64,000 bases of DNA from Camelus dromedarius (lineage: Eukaryota), in assembly GCF_036321535.1 (NCBI RefSeq), contig NC_087462.1, forward strand, positions 6,200,001 to 6,264,000, in the 5' to 3' direction. The translations under genes and the position numbers were made by a program. This document shows positions 1 through 10,600 of the stretch, in pieces (the first letter of the stretch is position 1; every line of letters starts with the position of its first letter). The notes beneath the pieces are model-generated. The model searched no databases and was not told where the DNA came from. It worked only from the letters and a program-made list of their open reading frames with translations.

Positions 1-96
1 TCCCCTAGGTCCTTCTCCGAGGTCTTTCCCTTATCCCGCTCACCAGCCTCTTCCCTTTCCCAAAATCCCGCCCAAAGGCTGCGCACCCCCACTCAC

Positions 97-3000
97 ACTC
101 CACCGTCAGAGTCACGTCTTTGACTGCCTCGCCCTGGGCATTGGTCGCGGTGCAGCGGTAAGTGCCGGCGAGCGCGCGAGTTACCGGACCGAGCAGGCCC
201 AGTGCCAGCACCGACCCCCCGTCGGGCCGCGCGCAGTGCACCGAGGGCTCTGGGTTTCCACGGGCCTCGCAGCGCAGCGTCTGCTCTGGGCCCTCCGGCC
301 ACGTCCAGCTCCTGGGACAGTCCGAATCGTCCAGCCGGGGAGCGTCTGCGGGCAGAGACATGGGATGCTGAGAGGCTAGACGCGGACCGTGAGGTAAGCC
401 TCCACTTCCTTCACTACAGCGCCAGGGACTGGAACCGGGCAAGCCCTTTGAGCTCAAGATGAGGGAGGCGAGAGGTTAAAGGCCAACTCACATAGGACGC
501 GCAACTCGGCGCTCTCGTTCTTACTCAGGGTCTCCCCGTCCACCTCGAGGGTGGCGTCGCAGAAGAAGCCACGCCTGTCGTCGTTCTCGGTGGCGTTTAG
601 CTGGAGCTGGGCGGGCTGTCCCGGGACCGCGGCTGGAATTCCGTCTAGTGTGACCAGGGCTCGGGGCCCAGCTGTGCAGGTTACTGTCACCGTTTTCCCC
701 TCGGGGGCGTTGGGCTCGCTCAGGGTCAGGAGGGGCTCCGGGAAGCCTGGGGGAGGGGCATTGGTCGGGAGTCCACTGACCACGTCCCTCCTGCGGTTCA
801 AGGCTGCCCCTTATCAGCCCGAACCTTCCCCGCTGCAGCCTAACCTAGGATACTGTGCCTTTCCTCTTGAGATGTTCAGGCTCCGCCCTTTCTCGCCCCG
901 CCCCCTTGAGGTGGTCAGGCCCTATCTCTACGGATCCTCCTGGGGTCTGCAACCTTCCCCTTTGGGGGCGCTCAGACTCCGCCTCTCAAGCTACTATTCA
1001 GTCTGTCTTCCACCTGCCCCGCCCCTTCGGGACTCTCGGGCCACGCCTATTCCGATACCAAGCCCCACCCACTATTGGCCCCGCCTTCACGTTCCTCTGG
1101 CTCCACCCCCGAGCTGCGGAAGTACCGCTTCACTAGCTCTTACTGTAGACTGTCACGTTCTCCCGGCTCTCACGGCTTTCGCCCCCCAGGGTCACGTTGC
1201 AGACCAGCTGCCTGGCGCCCTCCTGCTCTGCGCTAGCTGTGGTTGTGGCAGTGGCCATGAAAGCGTCCCCCTCGAGGGTGATATCGGGACTCAGCCTCTG
1301 ATCCCCCAGCGCCAGGTAGACCCCAGCCTCCGAGGCTGGAAACAGCCCATCCATGGCGCAGCTCACAGGTCTTTCTGAGTCCACTTCCAAGAGCCGAGGG
1401 GCAGCGAGGCGCGGGGAGTCCAGAGGCAGGGCTGGGAGTAGAAGAACAGAGCTTGAACTTATGTATTGAACGCTCAATATGTTCTAAGCGCTTTACATGC
1501 TCAAAGAGGAAAATAACTTTCAGCTGGTGAGTGTCGGAGTAAGAATTAGAATTCAGGTTTCTCTGCCTCCAAACTTCTTAAATACCCGCCCGACCCCTTA
1601 TGATCCCCTTCTCCTCACACCCACTCACCGAAGGTTCGGAGCTCTCTGGGGGCCGAGCTGTTTTCAAACAGCCCCAGGCCGTGAGGCCGCAGGTCCAGCT
1701 CCGCACGGCACGAGAAATTGGCCCCATGGTCCTCCCTCCGCGCCAGTACCGTGGCTGTGAGCACCGCGCCCCGCGCTCGGGGTGGCTCCCCGAAGAAGCT
1801 GCGACGGATCAGCTCTTGGGCGCCCCGCAGCAGGGTCAATGTGAGACTCCCACGAGGCCCAGCGCCGGGGACCCTACAGCTCAGGGTGAAGTTCTCGCCC
1901 ACTGGCTGCCAGGCAGGCAGCGGCACCAGCTCTACACGATCTGGCCGTTCTACAAGGGGACAGATCACAGCTGTTGGAAACGCCAGGGCTCAGCAGGACG
2001 TGGCGTGGAAAGCAGGGATCAAGACGGGGAGGACATGGGGATCCAGAGGGTGGGGCCTGAAGGAGAGGACCCCGTGACCCAGGGGGCGGGGCCTGGGAGG
2101 GAGGGAAAATAGTGGAGTAAGAGCATGGCCGCTGAGAACTCACGAAAAGTGCGAATGAGCCCACGCGCTTGCAGTGTGCGCCGCGCGCAGCGGAAGAAGC
2201 AGACGGGCTGGGTCTCCGGTTCGCGGATGTCCACCAGCTGCCGCGCCAGCCAGCGCAAACCCCTCTGGGTCCCATTCCGGCGCAGTGAGGTCTCCAGGCC
2301 ACCGCGTTCGGGCCGTGGGCAGTTGGTGCTGCAATTCAGCCACAGCGATCCTCCGCGTTCCACGAGCGCCACGCGGGGCTGCAGGTCCGCCCAGAAAGGC
2401 TCCTGTGCGATTGCTGCCCGGAGAAATGCGAGCTCAGCCTGGGAGCCATCTCCCTGGGATCTCAGCGCCCCTATACCGAGTCAGGGATTCCCAGGGAATG
2501 AACAGAGGCCAGAAAAATACTCAAGAGTCTTTACTGCCCAGACCTCAGGTTTACAAGCCCATTCCCACGGTCCAAACCTCGAGGGTGTTTCTGCAACATG
2601 GCAGTGGACAGCCCTGCTCTCCAAGGTGTCGATGGAGTGATGGGAAAGCATAGGGGGAGGGGAAAGATGGGGTCTTCAACGCACATACCAAAGCTAGAAG
2701 GAGGGGACCCCAGGTGGGGGGAGGAAATGAACGGGTTCTCAGGGTTCTTGCCCGCAGAGGGGGAGACTCTTGTTGAAGCGAGGGCAAAAGAGAGATGAGG
2801 CTGAGTCAAAGATAAAGGAAGATTCCAAACCCAGGTGAAGAGTATGGAAAAGAGGACGCGGGGCTGGGCTCATGCAAGGACCTCCGGAACAGCCGATGTA
2901 CGTTGTTGCCAGGGCTCCAGGTGGAGCGGGAACAGCGCCTCTGAGTCACAGCAGTTGGTGAGATCGGGTCTTCGCGGATTAGGAGTGGGGAAGATGCCAG

Positions 3001-3412
3001 TCCGTGGACCATGGTGCATAGCAAAGCGTGGGGAGGTACCCCGGGAGGAGACAAGGGAGACATGCAGTCTCCAGAGCCCGAGGCTGGGTGCGGAAGGACA
3101 CCCAGGATCTCGAAGAGGGTAGGGTAGAGACCTGGGAGAGCCAGAAGTCAGGAAGCTAGGTCTCCAGTGTGTGTTGGGGGCAAGAGGGTTAGAGAAGAAA
3201 GCCCGGGCTCAAGGTGGGGGCAGAAGCGTGGGAGCGAGGCGAGGGTGAAGCCGGGAGGGGTTTGTGGCCTCTTCTCAGGTCTGGGAACTCCGCCCCCGCC
3301 CTGTCCACCCTGAGCCAGACCGGCTCTTACCTGAGAAGCCGAGGAGCCCCAGGCCCAGGGCAGCCCAGAGGCCGAGCAGCGCCCGGTGCAGCCCTGGCGA
3401 GGGCGCTGGCAT
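97..3412 (-). CDS. ICAM5: Intercellular adhesion molecule 5 (telencephalin), 5' part: exons 1-6; gene continues beyond position 1
   Basis: complement(join(97..345,492..746,1144..1431,1629..1949,2144..2413,3331..3412)). Every intron is GT..AG and phase 1. Signal peptide [27 protein letters not shown] is followed by one Ig domain per exon ([28 protein letters not shown]; [11 protein letters not shown]; [18 protein letters not shown]), matching ICAM5. Confidence 0.97.
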
Positions 3413-3842
3413 CGCCGCCGCGGGGGAAGCACAGGAGGCGAGGGGAGCGCGAGCGCTGAGCTGGGCTAGAGGACGGCGCGGCGCGGCGCGGCGGGTGGGG
3501 TGTGGAGGAGGCTGAGTTGCGCTCGGGGATTGGTTTAACGTTGGTAACTTGGTTTCCAAGGAGGGGGCGGCAGCAGAGGCGGCGGGGTGAGGGGGGTGCT
3601 GGAGGGCGATCTTGCACCAGGCTCCCGGCCTTGATGAAGGCGTGCTGGCTGGAGCGAGCGACCCCCGGGGTCTACGTGGAGGCCGGCCCCATCTCCCGGG
3701 GCCTTCTGGGGGCGGCTGCGCGCTCCCGCGTCATCCCCAGCGGCGACGCGGAGGTGGGGGGATGCAGGGTTGCCCTTCTCAAATCTCCACCCCACCCCTA
3801 GCTTAGATGATATGATAATAAGCTGGACTCTGAGCTCCGCCT

Positions 3843-3852
3843 CCATATTTGG
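3843..3852. promoter_or_regulatory. CArG box (SRF-type) upstream of ICAM5
   Basis: CCATATTTGG is a perfect CC(A/T)6GG, about 430 bp upstream of the ICAM5 ATG in the CpG-rich region at about 3200-4400. Confidence 0.45.
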
Positions 3853-5070
3853 CCCTTCCCACCAGCGCTTCTTGGGGCGGAGATTGATTTGGGGGCTAGG
3901 AGAGATTTGAGAAGTGCAAGCTGGGGAAGAGATGGTTCTAGGAGAGGATGTGGGGATGCCTCCCTCACTGATCCTTCCCCAGTTGAACCGGGGAGCTGAG
4001 GGTCACAGCCACGCCCCCAGTCTTTCTCTGACTCCGCCCCCGCACGCGACAGAAGGGGCGGGGACGAAAGTGACAGCGAGTCGGGAACACGTGTGCCTGC
4101 GCGCAGCGTTCCCGGGCATCTAAATTAGGGTCGGCTCGGCTCTGGGTCTGTATTTACCCAGCGTGCAGCGGGCACGTGTCTACGCGGCGTGTGTGAGTGG
4201 GAACAGCCAAAGAGCACCCCGGAATCCGCTTTCTGTGCAGCGGCCGGGGCACTGGACCGCTCCGGCCTTGCCAGGCATCCAGTGCGGGTCCAGATTCTGT
4301 GTCCACGCGAGACCAAGAAACCAACTATGACACTTTTGACCCCGCATCGGGCCCCAGGCTTTGACACTCTCCTATGCACTCACCAGGCCCGGGGACTATC
4401 AGGACGTTGCCAGGACGCGAGTCTGTGACATCCTCCCCCCAACCCCCGACCATCTGGTTGCTCCTTCCCCGTAGTTATCACATGGGTATTTTTTCTGCAT
4501 ATCCACGTCCCTCAAAATGTACACATGACCCCGCCCATTTGTGCTCTCACTCCCAGCGCTAATGGTGAACTATAGGGATTAGTTCTCGCCCCACCCCTGT
4601 GCTCCAGGAAACTGCAGGTTCTGAAGTGGAGGAGGGAAGGAAACTTAACGTCCAATCACAGCTGCTGCGTGGTAGCGGTGGAACCAATCAGGAGAAGCCA
4701 TACCATGAACCAGCCTTCCCACAGCCCTAAGCCCCCAGGGCCCATGCTTTGCCCACCTGCACTGCACTGATAATGCCCACGGGAGAGGTTTTTACTACAC
4801 CGGCGGGGAATGCAGAGAGATTGGGGCTCCCATGCAGAAGACCAGAGTGAAGAAACCTCAGGTGCCTTCAGGGAAACAAGGAACTTGGAGAAAACGATAG
4901 AGGCAAGGCCAAAAAAAGACAACTACTTTGTCAGAAGAGGAGCACTAATGGGGGACCTTTATGTCCAGGGACAGAAGCTGGCTGAGGAAGGCTTTTTTGA
5001 GACAGGCAGGGTTCTCCAAATAGTTCCAGATTCCTTTTTCCTCCAGTTCAGCCAGCATGGACCAGTGCCT

Positions 5071-6142
5071 CTAGGCCCGGGACTGCATCAATAGGCACTT
5101 TCGAAGGTAGAGGGCCCCCACGACGAGATGAATCACCACAAAGACTGCGATGGAGGTGGAGGCCAAGGCTTTGGATGCGGGACTCCAAGCTGGAGACAGG
5201 AGGCGAGAATTAGGAACTGAGCACTTGGAGGTGTGACGACCCGCATGGACACGCTCTCTTGGCCTGCGCACCTTCTTGAGGTCACGACCCTTCCCCACTC
5301 CTCCCAGGATTATAAGAATTCCTCACCGAAAGCTGTCAGCATCATGGGTGCCGAGCTACTGAGGACCACCAGGCCATCGAGATTTAGGTGGGCGTGGCAG
5401 GTCACTGGCTGCCCGAAGTCACTGGGCCTGGCATGAAGGGTGTGAGTCATCGTCACATTGGCCAGATCCACGCTAGTGTAGCGCTCCAGGCTTTCTGAGT
5501 AGATGACTTGACCACCGCGCCTCAGAGTCACCACGAGGAAGCCCACGGGGAACACGTGCGTCACGTGGCAGCGAAGAGTGTACTCATCGTGCACTAAGAC
5601 CGGAGGCTCCAGGATCACGCTGCGTGGCTGTTCTAAAGCAAGAGGGGACTGCTGGGCAAACTCCGAGGGCTCCCCCTAGAGCGGCTGTCAGCTACCCCAG
5701 CAGTCCCCCTTCCCTCACCCCAGCCCGGCCTGAGCCCCTGTCCCTCACTGTAGGCGGTAATCCTGGCGGTGGCCTCCCGCGTTTCTCCTGCGCAGGTGAC
5801 GAAGCATTGCACATCGGAGCTCCAGGCCCTCACATCCAGCAGCTGGTAGGATACCCAATGGGGCCCACTGAGCGTCTCGCCCCGCTGCAGCACGGTGCGG
5901 AGGCTGAAACCCTCCGGTAGGGGGCAGCTGCTGCTGCAGTTGAGCCACAGTGAGCCCCCCGGCGGCACGGCCTTGAACTCGGGGCTTATGCGCACCCAGA
6001 ACGGTGCTGAGGTCTCCGAGGGTGCGGGAGATCTACCTCCCGTTCCCTGCGTCCGGGTACCCCAGCGCCTCCGCCTGCTCCCAGTTGGCTGGTAGGAGGC
6101 TGCCAGCAAAAGCAGCAGAAAGAGGGGGAGCAGAGACCCCAT
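5071..6142 (-). CDS. ICAM4: Intercellular adhesion molecule 4 (LW blood group glycoprotein), 272 aa, 3 exons
   Basis: complement(join(5071..5189,5327..5632,5749..6142)) = 819 nt with GT..AG boundaries. Signal peptide, two Ig domains (PFWVRISP..WVSYQLLDVRAWSS; LANVT), TM segment, short tail ending MQSRA*. Gln is present at the position equivalent to human LW(a) Q100 (SYQLL). Confidence 0.97.
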
Positions 6143-6196
6143 GGCAGAAAGCCTGCACTGAGGGGCCCAGAGCCAGGGAGCCAAGGCTGGCTCTGG

Positions 6197-6236
6197 AGAT
6201 AAGGAGGATCGCAGCAGCGCCTCGTCAGCCCCACCC
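6197..6236. promoter_or_regulatory. Erythroid promoter module of ICAM4 (GATA + KLF/CACCC)
   Basis: AGATAA at 6197-6202 and CCCCACCC at 6229-6236, 55-95 bp upstream of the ATG. ICAM4 is erythroid-specific. Confidence 0.55.
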
Positions 6237-6544
6237 GGAAAGAGGCTCCCAGGGGCCCAGAAGCCCTGCAGGAAACAACCCCCTCCCACGGCTTAAGAAT
6301 GGGATTTCAGACCCCATTATAAATCAAACGTCATCCTGTTTTTCTGGAGAGAGATCTTTAATTTTCACTAGCTTCTCAGAAGGCCCTCCAGTTTGGATTA
6401 GAGCCTGAGGGTTAGGCCTTGAACCAGCTTTTTCTTGGGGCAGGAAGTGGGAGGACCGGGTTGTGGTGGGGCGGCTAGAAAGGGCTCCAGCTGGACATGA
6501 CACCTCCCCTCTCAACTCTTACAATGCTGGGAGGATGAAGAAGC

Positions 6545-6550
6545 TTTACT
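6545..6550 (-). terminator. Probable ICAM1 polyadenylation signal (variant AGTAAA)
   Basis: Minus strand reads AGTAAAGCTT at the end of a 3' UTR-like region. I found no canonical minus-strand AATAAA between the ICAM1 stop and the ICAM4 start. Confidence 0.45.
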
Positions 6551-7654
6551 AGCACAAGGGAGTGGCTTCTGCAGCAGGGAGCAGTTTCTCCCAGGCCTCC
6601 CCTCCCCACTGCCTGCTGGACCCTTATTGCTGAAGGAGCTTGGAGCTGCAGTGTTCTGCTCTTGCATGGTCCCACTGAGATGGAAACAGGTAGGACAAGG
6701 CAGGGGCACGCAGGGGTTGGGCATAGTTTCATGGGACTCCATGGTTTGGCTATTAAGGAGTGAGCACCCATGTTTAGGCATGCCATCAAGTGTCACTGTG
6801 AGCATGAGCAGAGATAGTTATGGGTGGAGAAGTGGCTAGCAGAGGTCAGTACCAGTGCTGAGGCATCAGGGCTCAGTGGGTCATCCCTGGGCATGACACC
6901 AGCTAAACCATGTCACCACTAGTTCTGGGAGGAAGGAGCTTGGCCAATGGAATGGGAAAGCCTAGCCCCATTTAATCATTTTGCCAGGTACTCATGTGCA
7001 GTGCACAGCCAGCACAACTGTGCCTCGCAATCCTGAATGAGGTTAGACTGAGAGCTCCCTGAGGGCAGAAACCTACATTCTTGCTTACCATTCTAGACCA
7101 CATAAAAGGTACTCAGTAAATAGCGGGTAGACAACAAATGAATAAATATGTCATCATCAAGGGCTGGGGACAGTCAGTGGACAGATAGCAGTACCCGAGC
7201 AGACATTTGTCAGAGGAAGTGAGGGGATTTGTGTTTCAACGCTGCATGTGTCTGTGCAGGGCCACTTCCCTCTTAGGATTGTAGGGCCTCAGCACATGCA
7301 GAATGGGGTGAGTTTCAACGTTTCCCAGTTGGATATCCCCATGTTGAAGGTACAGCTCTACATCATACCCCCTCCAGCCAGGTCAGACTTCAACATCTCT
7401 CACAGTCATGCCCTGAGTCTTGCCCCTTCCTCTTGGCTCAGTCCCATGGCTACAGGTCAGGTGTGAGGCCTGGGGGTTGTAAGTTCACAGGTGCCATGAA
7501 CCCGGATGCTGTCTGTATCCTGACTGAGGCCTCGAGCCTGTCCTCTGGCATCCTGGGAAGGTGGCTGTAGCTGAATAGCATGTGTCCACCATTGTTTGAT
7601 GCAGCCTCGCTTGTCAGGTGTCGGGGGCTGAGGAGGTCCTGTCCTGGGGCAGCC

Positions 7655-10600
7655 TCAGGGCGGCGTGGCTGGTGTGTTCAGTTTCTTGCCAGATTTTTCC
7701 CAGCCCTTCTGGGCCTTCTGCAGCTCGTATATCTGCTTCTTCTGCTTACGGTAATAGATGTAAGCAGCAGCACCTACAGCACCCAAGGTGATAACAGCTA
7801 CCACTGGAACGATGATGGCTGGGATATTCTGGTGGTCTATGGGGAGGACACAAGGGGGCGGTGAGGCTCGAGCTGGGTTCACTGCCCCCACCCTGCCCAG
7901 CTCCAAACTCTGGCACTCACAGATCACGTTCACGACCACTTCCCGCTTGGTGACACCGCGAGAGCTGTTGGCCTGACACAGGTAGGTGCCTGCAACCTCC
8001 CGCTTGACAGGTCTCAGGTCCCCAATGGGCAGCAAAGCCCCGTCCCCTTTCCGGCTACATTTCAGCTTGGGGAGTGGGTTCCCCCGGGCCTGGCACCTCA
8101 GGGTCTGCTGGGACCCTTCCTGCCATGTCCAGTTTCCCGGGCAATCTCTCTCGTCTAGTCGGGGGCCATCTGAAGAAACACAGCAAGATGACAGATGGGG
8201 TCAGGGACTAAGACATCACTCACCATCTAGGACTGAAAGACTTAGGTAGGAATCTGGGGAGGGGGCTCAGCAGGGTGGAGGTGAGGGTTGGGCCCTGGAG
8301 GTTAGGGGTCATTGTCCAGATGCCCCACTTACACAGGACACTGAGCTTCAGGGTCCGGTTCTTGTATAGCCACTGCCCAGCCACCTCTAGGGCAGCAGAA
8401 CAGGAGAAGCTGCGCCCATTGTCCTCGGCACTGGCGTTCAGCTGGAGTTGGGCCCTCGGGGCACCAAGCCTGGCTGGGGCATCCTCCAGCGTCACCATGG
8501 CTCCTGCGTGGGCCTTGCACTCCACAGTCACTGTTGTCCATTCTGGGACCTGGGGCCTGCTCAGGGTCAGGTAGGGAGCTGGGAAGCCTGGAGGTGGGGC
8601 AGGCACACAGTGAGACCCACCGTGGGTTCTAGCCCTGCCCCCTCAGAAGCCCCGCCCAGGTTTCTACTTACTGTAGATGGTCACATTCTCCAGTCTACTC
8701 CGCGTCTGGTCTCCCAGCGTCACCTGACATACCAGATGCTGGGTGCCCTCCTCCTCGTTGCTCTTGACCCAGGCTGTGGCCAAGAGGGAGTCACCATGGT
8801 TTACGATTTTGGGTTCCAAGTTCTGGTCCCCCAGTGCCATGTGGACCTCAGCCTCTGAGGCTGGGAACAGCCCATCCAGAGTGCAGCTCACGAGCCACTG
8901 TGTGCCCACTTCCACAATCCGGAGGGTATCAAGGTGCAGGCCGGTCATTGGCAGGACTGGTAAGGGTGGTGGTGTAAACAGAGATGAGACAGACATCTTG
9001 AAGCCCTTTCCTGGGGCATTTCCATTCCCCCACCTGGAACACCCTCTTCCTGGGAAACTGTGGCCTGGGTCACCCTTGTCCCAGGATACACACACCACCT
9101 GCCCCAGGTCACAGCCTTCTCAGAAGATCCTGCAGTCCAGGCACCCATTCCAGAACACTCCACCCCAGTGGCCAAGAACATGCTCTTCCCCAAAGCCTTT
9201 GCAATCTAGGTCACCACCTTCTCAGCACCCCCATGGCCACAGGCCTCTCCTTCCCAGGAACCCTGCACCCCAAGAAGGAAATTTCCCTATCCCATCCTCT
9301 CTGCTGGCTCCCCAGTGTCTCACCAAAGGTTTGGAGCTTCCTGGGGGCCGAGCTGTTCTGGAATAGTCCCAGTCCTTCGGATCGCAGGTCCAGCTCCGTG
9401 CGGCAAGAGAAATTGACACCGTGGTCTTCTCTCTTCGCCAGCACCGTGAACATGACCTCGGTGGACTCCCCCTTTGCCACTGGCTGCCGCTCCAGCACCT
9501 CCTCCCCGCGGAGCAGCATCACACTGAGGTGGGCCCGCGGTGCCCCGCCAGACACCTGGCAGGTCAGAATGAAATGCTCGTCCACGGGCTGCCAGGTGGG
9601 CAGGGGGGCCAGCTTCACGTGTTCCGGGAACCCTAGAGGGGCAAGTGTTGTGTGAACTGGACGGGCTGGCTGCCCGCCCACAGCGCGGTGCTGGGGTGCC
9701 TCTGGCCACACCTGCTTAAGGAGCCTCACCACTCTCTCCCCAAAACACACCCAAAACCACCTAAGCCAGATAGGAATGTTAAGAGCTTCAGGATAAACCG
9801 GTAAGAAGTCCGCAAGTGGTTGTGAAGGGGGCAAAAAAATTCTTTATTCACTGCAGCATCTGAAAGCGGGAGGTGGGAAAAAACGTCAAAGTCTCTCATT
9901 GGGATTTGGGGCAAATAAACAAAGTACATTTAAGCTGCCCACCCTCTAGACATTTATGAAAAGACTCGTGCTCTCCCTTCTCTTTTTGACCTTATTTTTG
10001 TCCATAGCACCCATCACCTTTCACATACAAAATCGTCTACTCAGTTAACTTGTTTCTCCTCTTTTCCCGCCATGGAATGTCAGCCCAGGAGGGAAGGGAT
10101 CTTTGCTTTGTCCCCTGTTGGGTCCTTGACACCCAGTAGGTACTCCATATTTGCAGAAAGAATAAGGTTGAACCACCCACTCTAATTTGAGGCCATTTGG
10201 GAGTTTCCTTTTAAGGGAAAGAAGTTCCCGAAGGAGCTGTGGGATCCCCTGAAATGTTCAAAATGTAAGACCAATCCATGGACATGCAAAACGAAACTCT
10301 GAGTATCCCCTGAAAAACAACAGGCAGGCTTGGGTTCCGCACGCCGAGGTCTCCAATCTATATGAGGAAACAGAATTCTAAGCCTGGAATGCTGGTGAAA
10401 ATCACTAGCAAGAAAAAAAATCACCAGCAGAGCCCCGGTGACCTGTGGCTTAACACTGAGACCACCCCGCCAGGCTCCTCAGGGAGGGGTCTTAAGGCCT
10501 CCCACTTCCTATTCCCACCTCAGGAGACCCTAAAATGTCACTTGGCAGTGCTGTTAAAGTGTTAGGAGTCTGGTTTGGATTCCTAGCTTTGCTGGTTTTT

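Noticed and set aside
551-1378. 275-aa plus-strand ORF
   Set aside because: Antisense shadow over ICAM5 exons and introns in GC-rich DNA; no recognisable domain.
2995-3022. Possible RE1/NRSE in ICAM5 intron 1
   Set aside because: Too many mismatches in the invariant positions of the REST half-sites.
7141-7146. AATAAA within the ICAM1 3' UTR (also at about 21634 near MRPL4)
   Set aside because: It is on the plus strand and both genes are on the minus strand. At 7141 the sense strand reads as an AU-rich element instead.
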